NCBI GenBank assembly: GCA_963841345.1
Contig: CAWJCK010000003.1
Location: 3,712,342 to 3,776,341, forward strand
DNA from: an uncultured Acidobacteriaceae bacterium
GTDB lineage: Bacteria; Acidobacteriota; Terriglobia; Terriglobales; Acidobacteriaceae
Direction of reading: 5' to 3'
DNA length: 64,000 nucleotides
Shown: piece by piece, positions 20,635-30,081 of the stretch
Layout of the letters: every line of letters starts with the position of its first letter
Numbering within the stretch: position 1 is the stretch's first letter
The notes under the pieces: model-generated
What the model saw: only the letters and a program-made list of their open reading frames with translations
Told to the model about the DNA's origin: nothing
The model's database searches: none
Made by a program: the position numbers and the translations under genes

Positions 20635-20894
20635 ACCCCACCCCCCGCTGCACAGTAGCGCAATAACCTGCGATACGCGCCTTGGGCGATGGGGGTTCCG
20701 GGTAATTTGGCTCGCCGGGCCGATTACGCTTCGTTGCGAGCGCGGGTGAGGTTCATCATGGTCTGATGAGTTCCGAGCACCTCGGGGCCTTCTCCGTCCG
20801 CCGGCGGCGTAAGCTGCGTGTATTTTCCGTCAGAGCCCAGAACCCAAGCCTGGCGTTGATCGCGCAGGCAGACGTCGAGAAACTCCCACAGCTT

Positions 20895-21121
20895 CTTCCG
20901 ATATTGCTGATCGATTCATCAATACGCTCACGGAGCGCTTCCATTTGCTTTCGATCACGCCGTACATGGTCATGGGTCGGCGCCGCGACAATGATCTCCG
21001 GCCCGGCATGCGTAGTTTTACCGTCGGTGAATACGTCATCTTATACCGCATAGATGAGGAAGACGTCCTGATTCTGCATGTGGTGCGCGGTAGCAGAAAT
21101 CTCGAAGCCATGTTCGGCTAA
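20895..21121 (+). pseudogene. 5'-truncated ParE/RelE toxin remnant
   Basis: Manual translation: DIADRFINTLTERFHLL...GRRRDNDLRPGMRSFTVGEYVILYRIDEEDVLILHVVRGSRNLEAMFG*; no start or antitoxin. Confidence 0.7.
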
Positions 21122-21141
21122 TGGAGAGTTCCCGCTCACCA

Positions 21142-21777
21142 TCAAAGATACAAATGCCGAGGCCACTCCGAAACCGGCAGCTTCCGCCGAATAGAAGCCC
21201 GGGTCCAATCCGTAAACGCAACCGGCCAGAAGCAGGTAAGCAGCAGCCAGGACCACTTCAGTACCTCCGGCCCAAAGATCACAGCCACCGCCGCAGTCAT
21301 CACCACCCATTTCCCATACCGATAGAGCCGCCCGCGCGCAGGAGTATTGATCGGCAGCAGCATCGCCGCAAATAAAGGACTCATCCCGATCCCGGCAAAC
21401 AGCAGGTCCCGCGCCAGGCCAACGTTACCGCGAAAGTACGACACCGCAGCCGCCTCCACCAGCGCCACCGGTACGGCGATAATCAACCACTTCAGCCAAG
21501 GCCGCGAACAAACCGCCCGCGCCTCCCGCTTCCCTTCGCGAAGCAGCCTCGCCTCTCCTGAAGTCAGCAGCACCTTCCGATACTGGCAGTTTGCCATTCC
21601 CGCATCGCCAAGCGTCCTCATCGCAAGCCTGTCCGCTTCCTCAGCAGAACTTCCGCCGACAACAGTAGCCTCCCGCGCCGACTCATAATGCTCGCCAATC
21701 TCCCGCCTTACTTGAGCAGCAGAATCGGCCGCCAAACCCCGCGTCGCTTCTCTCAGCCAAATCTCCAATGCACTCAT
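21142..21777 (-). CDS. Membrane protein with N-terminal permease-prefix/HAAS-like helical domain
   Basis: LEIWLREATRGL...VRREIGEHY...AMRTLGD followed by TM helices; directly downstream of PadR. Confidence 0.7.
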   Translation of the reverse strand: MSALEIWLREATRGLAADSAAQVRREIGEHYESAREATVVGGSSAEEADRLAMRTLGDAGMANCQYRKVLLTSGEARLLREGKREARAVCSRPWLKWLIIAVPVALVEAAAVSYFRGNVGLARDLLFAGIGMSPLFAAMLLPINTPARGRLYRYGKWVVMTAAVAVIFGPEVLKWSWLLLTCFWPVAFTDWTRASIRRKLPVSEWPRHLYL

Positions 21778-21779
21778 CG

Positions 21780-22091
21780 CTACGCCTCCCCTAAAATCGA
21801 CCCGACCGCTCGCGAAATCTGCCGCCACTCCGCGCGGTCCTTGACCAACATCCCGCGTCCGGCCCGGGTGATGCGGTAATGCCGCCGAGCCCGGCCATTC
21901 TCCACGCTCTCATACGACTCCACCATCCCCTCGCTCTCCAACTTGTGCAGCGCGGGGTAAAGAGTGCCTTCCTTGAAGTCCAGCACCCCCTCGGAGCGCT
22001 CCTTGATCTTCTGCGCAATCCGGTACCCATGGCCCGGCTCCTGCGCCAGAGACTCCAGGATCAACGTCGGCAGCGTTCCCTTGAAATTCAT
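21780..22091 (-). CDS. PadR-family transcriptional regulator
   Basis: KGTLPTLIL, HGYRIAQKI, KEGTLYPALHKLE, RRHYRIT. Confidence 0.93.
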   Translation of the reverse strand: MNFKGTLPTLILESLAQEPGHGYRIAQKIKERSEGVLDFKEGTLYPALHKLESEGMVESYESVENGRARRHYRITRAGRGMLVKDRAEWRQISRAVGSILGEA

Positions 22092-22105
22092 GTATACCTC
22101 GTATT

Positions 22106-22144
22106 CCTATGCATAGGTGTACGACATAAACTCCATTTTGTCAA
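22106..22144 (-). promoter_or_regulatory. Sigma70-type promoter with overlapping palindromic operator for padR
   Basis: Minus strand TTGACA-17 nt-TACACC; perfect palindrome CCTATGCATAGG at 22106-22117 overlapping the -10. Confidence 0.65.
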
Positions 22145-22174
22145 TGAATTCGCTAGAGCAATTAGTTGGCGCGG

Positions 22175-23251
22175 CTATCGCTGCTCCTGAAATACCAGAT
22201 GTTCTCGAAAAAACGGCAGCACATCAGTATAGACGCGGCCATTTGCGCCCCAGTTCTTGTCTCCCCATCCGCCGTTATATTCTTCGGCTTCATGAGGGAT
22301 GCCAAACTCATTGAGCAAATGGGTGAAAGACTGGTTTCCGTAGACGTGGTCCTGGTTCCCGTCGCTGCGGCCCCAGTCAAACTTGAATCCGCGCAGCGAT
22401 TTCAAATTCTCTGCATAGGCCGGAATCATCGATCCGAGAAGAAATCCGTCCCGCAGCCGCGCCGTTAACTGCGAATCGATGACCAGCTCCTCGCCGGCCT
22501 TGTGCGCAGGCAGGTCGGTGTAAAGCGGCGGCTTCTCCGGATCAGGCAGAAACGCTTCAAAGATGCTCAGAAAAATCGATGAGAAGATGTCCTTCTTCAC
22601 GTCGTCAAGCGAAGTGGCCCCGGCCAGCACCTCCCAGTTAGGCCGCGAATACATCGTCTGGATCCCCGGCCCGCTCGTCGCCACAGGATGCAGCGCATAC
22701 ACCGAACCGAACACCTCAGGATGGCGCATCGCCAGGCGGATCGCGCCATATCCTCCCATGCGGTCACCAGCGATGCCTCGCGAGTCGCGAGTCGGTAACG
22801 TCCTGAAACTGGCGTCCATATATGGAACCAATTCCTGAACTGCATAGTCTTCCCAGTTTCCAGTGACCGGCGAGTTGAGATACCAGGAACACCCGAGAGG
22901 CGTGGTCATGTCCACCGAGACCAGAATGAATTCGCCGATCACGCCGCTTTCAATAGCGAGATCAAAAAGCGCCTCCGCCGACTGCCGATCAAATGCTTCG
23001 CTGTAACTGTCCGCTGCGTTCGGCAGGTAGTAAATAACCGGATAGCGTTTGAAAGACTTCTCATAACTCGGAGGCAGATAGATAGACACCTTCCGCAGCG
23101 AATCGGTGCCGATCTTGCTCTGAGACAAACTCTTCGATTGCAGTTCCCGGTGTATCACCTGGCTGCTTGCGAAAGAGGACGCCGCGTGAACCAGCACAAG
23201 ACACACGAAGAGCGTAAGCTCCGCGACGCGGAGCACCTTCCCACCAGACAT
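22175..23251 (-). CDS. Secreted esterase (alpha/beta hydrolase, Fes-like)
   Basis: VSIYLPPSY, YPVIYYL, GIAGDRMGGYGA (Asp-Arg where G-x-S-x-G is usual). Confidence 0.8.
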   Translation of the reverse strand: MSGGKVLRVAELTLFVCLVLVHAASSFASSQVIHRELQSKSLSQSKIGTDSLRKVSIYLPPSYEKSFKRYPVIYYLPNAADSYSEAFDRQSAEALFDLAIESGVIGEFILVSVDMTTPLGCSWYLNSPVTGNWEDYAVQELVPYMDASFRTLPTRDSRGIAGDRMGGYGAIRLAMRHPEVFGSVYALHPVATSGPGIQTMYSRPNWEVLAGATSLDDVKKDIFSSIFLSIFEAFLPDPEKPPLYTDLPAHKAGEELVIDSQLTARLRDGFLLGSMIPAYAENLKSLRGFKFDWGRSDGNQDHVYGNQSFTHLLNEFGIPHEAEEYNGGWGDKNWGANGRVYTDVLPFFREHLVFQEQR

Positions 23252-23272
23252 TTGGGGCTTCTCCCTCTCGAT

Positions 23273-24040
23273 TTAGACCACGCGCATTGCTTTTGTGAGA
23301 CTTGACTTGCGAGACTTCCAGGCTGATCCGGCCAGATACCACGCCGGCCATAACAGCAACCAATTTGCCATCCACAAACTGCTCGTGCTCCAGGCGTGAG
23401 CAACACCCCACACGCGAATCATCAAGGCTGTAATTGCAACCGCCAGAACAACCGCCGGCCCCACCTTGATCCGAGCCATACGCAGCCCACACCAGGCTCC
23501 CCAGATCGCAGGCAACAGAAAAAGAAGCAGGCTCTCCCGCGACATCTCCGGTATGCGAAATCTCGCCAGGCAAAACATGCACGGAGAGAGGCAAAGGAGC
23601 GCGCTCATCCAAAGAGTGCGTCGAGACACTCGACCCACAACAAAACCAACCGTCCAGGCCAGCCCAAGCAGTAGCAAGACTTGACAGAGAACAAACCCGA
23701 CCTTCGGCCCAACCATCAAGCCAGTCTCGCGAACCAGCTTCGGATCAAAGAACTGGTGATTCCGCAGCAGCCACGCGCAGAGTTGATACCCATTGGCCAC
23801 CGTAAGCGAAATACCCATCAGCAGAAAGCTCGCCGGCAGTGCCAACCCAAAGCCAGCCAGCCAGGGCCGCCAGCTCCGCCAAAGCGTCGCTTCTCTCCAA
23901 ACGATCAGTCCGAGCACATCCAGCAAGCCGTTCCAGGCGCTCCCGTCCGCCTCAAGGAGATCGCCCAATACCGCCTCTCGCTCCTCGCGTTCCAGCAATC
24001 GCGAAGCAGCCCCGACCAGCGACCAGGCAACGGAGGTCAT
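23273..24040 (-). CDS. Multi-TM membrane protein coupled to PadR
   Basis: LLEREEREAVLGDLLE N-terminal helix then ~6 TM; ATGA overlap with padR. Confidence 0.65.
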   Translation of the reverse strand: MTSVAWSLVGAASRLLEREEREAVLGDLLEADGSAWNGLLDVLGLIVWREATLWRSWRPWLAGFGLALPASFLLMGISLTVANGYQLCAWLLRNHQFFDPKLVRETGLMVGPKVGFVLCQVLLLLGLAWTVGFVVGRVSRRTLWMSALLCLSPCMFCLARFRIPEMSRESLLLFLLPAIWGAWCGLRMARIKVGPAVVLAVAITALMIRVWGVAHAWSTSSLWMANWLLLWPAWYLAGSAWKSRKSSLTKAMRVV

Positions 24041-24390
24041 GACCGGCCTCCGGCGCGATTCACTTCCCGGTTGGTCGCCCATGACACACCCTGGCTCACC
24101 CGGCGGATCGCGTCATAGAAATCCTTCGCCGCCTTAATCCCGCTCGGAGTCAAACGAACCATCCGCTTCGCGCGCCCACCGCGTTGCGCCGTGGCCTCGC
24201 CCATCCAGGTCTTGAGTAGTCCCTTGGTCTCCAGCCGATCAAGCGTCGTATAGAGCGCGCCAATCGAACAGCTTCGTCCCGTCGCCGTTTCGATCTCTTC
24301 GCGAATCGCCGCGCCATAAGCTTCGTCGCCAAGCCTTGCCGCCGCGGTGATCAAGAGGTATTCGAACTCGCCAATCATGATTAGACTCAC
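24037..24390 (-). CDS. PadR-family transcriptional regulator
   Basis: GEFEYLLI, AYGAAIREEI, SIGALYTTLDRLETKG. Confidence 0.92.
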   Translation of the reverse strand: MSLIMIGEFEYLLITAAARLGDEAYGAAIREEIETATGRSCSIGALYTTLDRLETKGLLKTWMGEATAQRGGRAKRMVRLTPSGIKAAKDFYDAIRRVSQGVSWATNREVNRAGGRS

Positions 24391-24420
24391 ATTGTGATAC
24401 TAATCACGACGAAAGTCAAT
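24391..24420 (-). promoter_or_regulatory. Putative promoter/operator of second padR
   Basis: Minus strand TTGACT-17 nt-CACAAT with inverted repeat GTGAT-N4-ATCAC inside. Confidence 0.5.
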
Positions 24421-24464
24421 CTCTAATAGCTATTTTTAGAAGTAAAAGGAAAAGTGCCGCCGGC

Positions 24465-24875
24465 CTACGCAGCCTGAAAGACTGCGACACCGTGGGCGAC
24501 GTTACTTTCGCCAAGCAGGTAGTTGTAGATAACGATGAGAGTGCGCTCGTCGGGATCAGTCAGGACTGTTTCCGTTAACGAGACCTTCCCATCTTTCCTG
24601 CCTATCCCGCATATGGCATGGCTGTCGGTGCGCGTGTAGGCCATCGTGTCGACCGCACTCGAACCTTCCACGGGATAGTCCGTCCCATCAAAACGCGCCC
24701 GCACCCGCCGCACGATCTCAGTTCCGTCCTGCCTGACTATATCTTCCTGGATCGCGACCTCATTCGGTCCTGTCTGAATCTCCTGGACCCATGACTGAGG
24801 AGCGAGAGCGCAGATGTTCGAGCGTTCAGCATCGAAACGCCACTTGCCGGCAAAAGGCTCCATCTCGAGACGCAT
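24465..24875 (-). CDS. Hypothetical beta-rich (lipocalin-like) protein
   Basis: FAGKWRFDAERS, FDGTDYPV pattern. Confidence 0.55.
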   Translation of the reverse strand: MRLEMEPFAGKWRFDAERSNICALAPQSWVQEIQTGPNEVAIQEDIVRQDGTEIVRRVRARFDGTDYPVEGSSAVDTMAYTRTDSHAICGIGRKDGKVSLTETVLTDPDERTLIVIYNYLLGESNVAHGVAVFQAA

Positions 24876-25040
24876 CGTATTCACCTCACTTAATACGATG
24901 ACGCTAAAGAGGCTTGAACAGCTTACATCGCGCAACGACTTTTTCTAATGGGAGGGAGAGCAGCACCGTTTTGGCACCTACTTTTACCGAATTGGTGTAG
25001 ATTCTCCTCGCCCGCGAGTCGGAAACCTGAATCCACCGCC

Positions 25041-27494
25041 TCACTCCACCCGCAAAGCCGTCATCGGATCCACCACCGAAGCCCGCCGCGCCGGAATCGC
25101 ACACGCCAGCGACGCCACAACCCCCATCAACGCTGTCACCGCCAGCAAAATCGCCGGATCGCGCACACTCCCCGCAGCCCAGTGTCCGAGCACCTTATTC
25201 AGAGCCACTGCCAGCAGCAGCCCAGCAGCAATTCCTCCGCCAACGCTCGCCACCGTCGAGGCGAAGACAATCCGCAGCACATGGCCGCGTTGCGCGCCCA
25301 GCGCCATCCGAATACCAAACTCATTCGTCCGCTGCGCCACCGAATACGAGACCACGCTGTAGAGCCCCACCGCCGCCAGCGCCAGAGCCAGCACGGCAAA
25401 GGCGCCAAACAGCCAAGCTATTAAATGCTCCTGCTGCCACTCTTGCTGACCGCTGATCCAGTGCTCCAGGTCCTGCACACCCGAGTTGACCTGCTGGTCA
25501 GGATCGACCGAGTTCACCTGCGCCGCGATCGAGTGCAGCAGCGAAAGCGGCGCGATTCCCGCTTTCGAACGCACCAGTATCTGCGTGTACATCCCCTGCG
25601 ACATCGTGTACGGCACAAACAACTCCGGCACGATCGGCTTCTCCAGCCCATCATCGCGCTTATCCGCGATGACCCCCACAATCTGCAGCCAGCCATTCGC
25701 GTCCGGCGCGTTCAGCCGGAATGGTGGCGTCTCCGTGAAGTCAACCAGCTTCAACGAATGCCCCAGAGCATCTCCCTTGGGGAAATAGCGTCGCGCCATC
25801 GTCTCATTGATGACCGCCACGCGCGCCGCGTTGTGGTTCTCAGCCTCGTCCCAGATCTTGCCCTGCAAAACCGCAATCTTCAGCAACGGAAAGTAATTCG
25901 GACTTACAAGGTTGACCCGGGCTTTTTGATCGTCGAGGGCCGCCTGACCAAGAAATTCCACCTTGCTATCAAATCCGTTCGACGGCGGAGTGGCATTGGA
26001 AGAGATGGCCACCATATCGACGCCCGAGACCGTTCCTGCCTTCTGCAAAAGCATGTCGAAGTATGCCGACCGCTCCGCCCACGTCTTGTAAGTCCCCTCG
26101 TGCACCGGAATCCCAACCGACATCACGTTGTGCGGATCATACCCAAGCGGCGTACGCAGCAACTTCAGAAATCCTTCCATCGCCGCGCCCGCGCCCGCCA
26201 GCATCAGCAGCGTCAAAGCAATCTGGGCGCCGATCAATATATTGTTCGTCGCTTTGCCACGCACCCCGCCCGCAATCCTGCGCGTACTCGACTGCATCAC
26301 CTGGCTCACTTCTTGCTTCGACAACTGCAATGCCGGCGACAGCCCAAAGAGAACTCCCGTCACCACAGCAATCCCCACGCTAAAGGCCAGCACCGGCAGA
26401 TTGATATGGATCACCGCCTCATGCGGAAACGAATAAGGCGGCAACAGCCCGACAATAATCGCCAGCCCCTTATACGCCAGCAGCACACCCAGGGCAGCCC
26501 CAGTCAGCGAAAGCAACAGCGACTCGGTCAGAAGCTGACGAATAATCCGCCCGCGGTTCGCGCCGATCGCCGCCCGCAACGCAAACTCATGCTGCCGCGC
26601 CGTACCCCGAGCCAGCAACAGGATCGACACATTCCCGCAGCCGATCGCCAGCAGCAGAGCAACCGCACTGAAGAGCAGCGCCAGGCTGCCGCCCAGTTGC
26701 TTGATGAAGTCGTCGTTCAACCCCACAACATGGAACGTAAAAGCCTCCGTCGGAAAATGTTTCGGCGTCTCCTTGGCGAACTGCTGGATAAGCGGCCCCA
26801 GCGCCGCATTCGCCTGCTCATGGGTCACACCCGGCTTCAGTCGCAACCCGACATAGCGCCCCAACGTCGGGTCCTGCGTCACCTTCAGCGGCAGATAGAC
26901 ATCGGAGTCGTTCCATGTAAATCGCGGCGCGGCCACTCCAATGATCGTGTAGTTCTTCCGAACCAGCTGGATCGTCTGGCCAATCACCGAAGGATCGCTG
27001 TTGTAATGACGCTGCCAGAACTTATAGCCCAGCACCGCGACCGGCTGCGGATCCTGCCCATCGATCGCATCCGAAGGCGCAATCTGCCTGCCCAGCGCCG
27101 GAGCAACGCCCATGAAATTGAACATATTCGAGGTGACGTACTCCGCATTCACATCCTCAGGAAGGTCGTGCCCAGTGACCGTCAGGTTCCACTCTTCCGT
27201 GGCGAACGCGTCCTCGACCCCCGGCGACTTCCGAATTATCTGCCACTGCGGCAGCGTCAAGCCGAAACCCTGGTCCTCCCCCGCCTTGGCCGCCTTGGTC
27301 GTAAGCCGCATGTGAACCATCCGGTCCGGCGCCGCATAAGGATACGGATTCATCAGCACGGCCCACACGATCGAGAACACCGCCGTCGTCGCCCCAATCC
27401 CCAGCATCAGCGAAATCACCGCCGTCGCCGTAAATCCCGGGCTCTGGCGCAGTTGGCGGAACGAATACTTCAGGTCCTGTATCAGCGTTTGCAT
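25041..27494 (-). CDS. ADOP-type (MacB/FtsX duplicated) orphan ABC permease
   Basis: MQTLIQDLKYSFRQLRQSPGF, GIGATTAVFS, RQHEFALRAAIGA, QRTNEFGIRMALGA, VDPMTALR. Confidence 0.92.
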   Translation of the reverse strand: MQTLIQDLKYSFRQLRQSPGFTATAVISLMLGIGATTAVFSIVWAVLMNPYPYAAPDRMVHMRLTTKAAKAGEDQGFGLTLPQWQIIRKSPGVEDAFATEEWNLTVTGHDLPEDVNAEYVTSNMFNFMGVAPALGRQIAPSDAIDGQDPQPVAVLGYKFWQRHYNSDPSVIGQTIQLVRKNYTIIGVAAPRFTWNDSDVYLPLKVTQDPTLGRYVGLRLKPGVTHEQANAALGPLIQQFAKETPKHFPTEAFTFHVVGLNDDFIKQLGGSLALLFSAVALLLAIGCGNVSILLLARGTARQHEFALRAAIGANRGRIIRQLLTESLLLSLTGAALGVLLAYKGLAIIVGLLPPYSFPHEAVIHINLPVLAFSVGIAVVTGVLFGLSPALQLSKQEVSQVMQSSTRRIAGGVRGKATNNILIGAQIALTLLMLAGAGAAMEGFLKLLRTPLGYDPHNVMSVGIPVHEGTYKTWAERSAYFDMLLQKAGTVSGVDMVAISSNATPPSNGFDSKVEFLGQAALDDQKARVNLVSPNYFPLLKIAVLQGKIWDEAENHNAARVAVINETMARRYFPKGDALGHSLKLVDFTETPPFRLNAPDANGWLQIVGVIADKRDDGLEKPIVPELFVPYTMSQGMYTQILVRSKAGIAPLSLLHSIAAQVNSVDPDQQVNSGVQDLEHWISGQQEWQQEHLIAWLFGAFAVLALALAAVGLYSVVSYSVAQRTNEFGIRMALGAQRGHVLRIVFASTVASVGGGIAAGLLLAVALNKVLGHWAAGSVRDPAILLAVTALMGVVASLACAIPARRASVVDPMTALRVE

Positions 27495-27698
27495 CGAAGT
27501 GCCCCCTTTCGGAGCAAGGGAGTCGTCAGACTCCGCGGTTCCTAAGAGCAGCCACCGGGCCACTCTCGATACCTACGCAAGCCGCTGATTTCATTCGTCC
27601 AAAGCCCAAGTCGAACACCGCCAACTGTTCACTATCACCCCGTCACTGTTCGCAACCGGACAAGAATCTGCCTCACCCGCCCCGCACATACCACCCAC

Positions 27699-29744
27699 AT
27701 GGCCGATAAGCGAAAAGTCCATCTTCGACTGGTATCCTCAAACCAGCGACCCGCCATGACTCCCCGCATCCCAAGGCACCACACCAACGGCCACTTCGTC
27801 GTCACGCGCACCACGGAACCAACCCCGTTGGAAGAGACCCAGACCCATTTCTCCACCCTCAAAGTCTGGGTGCTTCTCGTCGCAATCTTCTTCTCCGTCC
27901 ACGTCGCCGCACTCTTCTCGCCGCCGCTCCTCGACGACGCCGACGCCGCCCACGCCCAGGTCGCTAAACACATCGCCCAGACCGGAGACTGGGTCACCTT
28001 CTACATCGACGGCGTCCGCTACCTCGAAAAAGCCCCACTTCCCTACTGGATCGTCGCGCTCGACTACCGCCTCTTCGGCTACAACGTCTTCGCCACCCAC
28101 CTGCCCGAGGCCCTCGGAATCCTCGGCTGCACCATCCTCGCCTGGGTCTGGGCCCGCCGCGCTTTCGGCGAACGCGCCGCCTTCTACGCCGCCCTCGGCA
28201 TCCTCACCTGCGTCGGAGCCTTCCTCTTCACCCGCATCTTCATCCCCGAGGTCCTGCTCACCCTCTTCACCGCGCTCGCGCTCTACTTCCTCATCACCGG
28301 CCTCGAAGATCGCAAGCCCGCCAATATCTACTGGATGTGGGCCTCGCTCGCCCTCGGCGTCCTCACCAAGGGCCTCGTCACGCCCGTCTTCTTCGCCGCG
28401 GCGACAGTTCCCTACCTCATCCTCACCGGAACCTGGCGCAGATGGCGCGAACTCCGCCCAGTAACCGGACTCCTGCTCTTCCTCGCCATCGCCGCGCCCT
28501 GGCACATCCTCGCCGGCCTTCGCAATCCCGATCAGGGCCATCCCGTCGGCAACATCCCCTCACCCGGAAACGTCCACGGCTTCTTCTACTTCTATTTCCT
28601 CAACGAACATCTCTTCCGCTTCCTCGGCACCCGCTACCCCCACGACTACAACAAGCTCCCCGGCTACCTCTACTGGACACTCCACATCATCTGGCTCGCC
28701 CCTTGGAGCCTCTTCGCTCCGGTCCTCATCCTCCGCGCCTGGCAGACCCGCGAACACTGGCTCAGCGACCTCCCCGCCGCCAGCGGCCGCACCGTCGACT
28801 TCTATATCGAGAAAGCCCACCTCGTCGACCCCGCCAGCCACATGGCGCGCACCAAGTTCCGCACCCGCACCAACTGGCTCCTCGCCTTCTACGCCGCCTT
28901 CGTCCTGGTCTTCTTCTCCATCTCGACCAATCAGGAGTACTACACCTTCCCCGCCTACTTCCCGCTCATCGTCCTCGGCGCCGGGTCCCTCGCCCGCGCC
29001 GAAGAATACCCCGGAACCCCGCGCGCCTGGCTCACCTGGTGCCACGCCGCCTTCGCCGTCATCGGAGTCGCCGCCGCCATCGCCCTCGGCTACGGCCTCT
29101 TCACCTCCCGCGGAATCCCCACCGCACCCGACATCGGCTCGGCCATCGCCCATCGCGAAGTCGCCGGATACTCCCTCTCCATGGCCCACATCTTCGACCT
29201 CACCGGGCCATCCTTCGCCGCCCTCCGCGAACCCGCCCTCATCGCCATGATGGCCTTCCTCGTCGGCCCGCTCCTCGCCTGGACCCTCCGCCGCCGCGGC
29301 CACCACCTCGAAGCCACCACCTCCGTCGGATTCACCGCCGCCGTCTTCCTCATCGCCGCCCACATCGCCCTCGTCCGCTTCGAGCCCCTCATGTCCTCCA
29401 AGCCCATCGCCGACACCATCAACCACCTCGCCAAGCCTGAAGACCACTTACTCCTCTACGGAGACCAGTCCGACGGCTCCTCGATCATCTTCTACACCAA
29501 TAGACAAGCCCTATTAGTCGACGGCCGCCGAAGCACCCTGGTATGGGGATCGTTTTACCCCGACGCCCCCAAGATATTCATGACGGATAATGACTTAGTA
29601 ACTAGATGGGGCAAAGCAGAAAGAAACTTCCTCTTCGTCCCCGAAGACAGCCACGATCATGTCGAAGCGCTACTGGGAAGCCAAGCCATCGAAATCCAAA
29701 ACCTCGCCGGGAAGACGCTCTACACCGATAGGCCATTGGATTAG
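27699..29744 (+). CDS. ArnT/GT39-family glycosyltransferase
   Basis: LLDDADAAHA, YLEKAPLPYW, LTKGL; multiple TM; start uncertain. Confidence 0.88.
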   Translation: MADKRKVHLRLVSSNQRPAMTPRIPRHHTNGHFVVTRTTEPTPLEETQTHFSTLKVWVLLVAIFFSVHVAALFSPPLLDDADAAHAQVAKHIAQTGDWVTFYIDGVRYLEKAPLPYWIVALDYRLFGYNVFATHLPEALGILGCTILAWVWARRAFGERAAFYAALGILTCVGAFLFTRIFIPEVLLTLFTALALYFLITGLEDRKPANIYWMWASLALGVLTKGLVTPVFFAAATVPYLILTGTWRRWRELRPVTGLLLFLAIAAPWHILAGLRNPDQGHPVGNIPSPGNVHGFFYFYFLNEHLFRFLGTRYPHDYNKLPGYLYWTLHIIWLAPWSLFAPVLILRAWQTREHWLSDLPAASGRTVDFYIEKAHLVDPASHMARTKFRTRTNWLLAFYAAFVLVFFSISTNQEYYTFPAYFPLIVLGAGSLARAEEYPGTPRAWLTWCHAAFAVIGVAAAIALGYGLFTSRGIPTAPDIGSAIAHREVAGYSLSMAHIFDLTGPSFAALREPALIAMMAFLVGPLLAWTLRRRGHHLEATTSVGFTAAVFLIAAHIALVRFEPLMSSKPIADTINHLAKPEDHLLLYGDQSDGSSIIFYTNRQALLVDGRRSTLVWGSFYPDAPKIFMTDNDLVTRWGKAERNFLFVPEDSHDHVEALLGSQAIEIQNLAGKTLYTDRPLD

Positions 29745-29924
29745 CCAATTCTCGAGTAGGATTTTAAGAGGATATACTAGGGCGCGTTCACACTAATCTC
29801 AGTGCTTCGACGATAAGAGCGAAGTAGAGAAAAGCGACGAAGACGACATCGAGTTTCTCAAATCGCGAGAAGATACGGCGGAAGCCTTTCAGTCTGGACG
29901 GGTGGCCCACCCAACCACCATCGA

Positions 29925-30001
29925 GGGTGCCCCATCATTCCGCGCGACCGGGGCCCCCAGCGACAGGTCTTCGTCGCTGGGGTGGTTGGCGGAAGGGTGG
30001 G
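29925..30001 (+). repeat. REP palindrome (GGGTGCCCCAT family) left of RAYT, containing a 37-nt hairpin insert
   Basis: GGGTGCCCCATCATTCCGC...GCGGAAGGGTGGG; inverted copy at 30597-30634. Confidence 0.8.
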
Positions 30002-30081
30002 CGGAGCAAGTCTCCCGTCCTCGGTATCCGATCTAAACCCCTCCATCCACAAAAATGGGGCGATAAGACTAGACTTCCATT

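Noticed and set aside
22118-22145. dif-like 11-6-11 site (rc CATTGACAAAA-TGGAGT-TTATGTCGTAC) near the skew switch
   Set aside because: Only the TTATGT core matches a XerD arm, and the sequence is fully explained as the padR -35/spacer.
25425-27545. Long antisense ORFs (706 aa here; also 5250-6323, 27738-29447, 46263-47348, 56586-57971)
   Set aside because: They are shadows of high-GC genes on the opposite strand or frame, with Arg/Pro- or Gly/Glu-skewed composition and no motifs.
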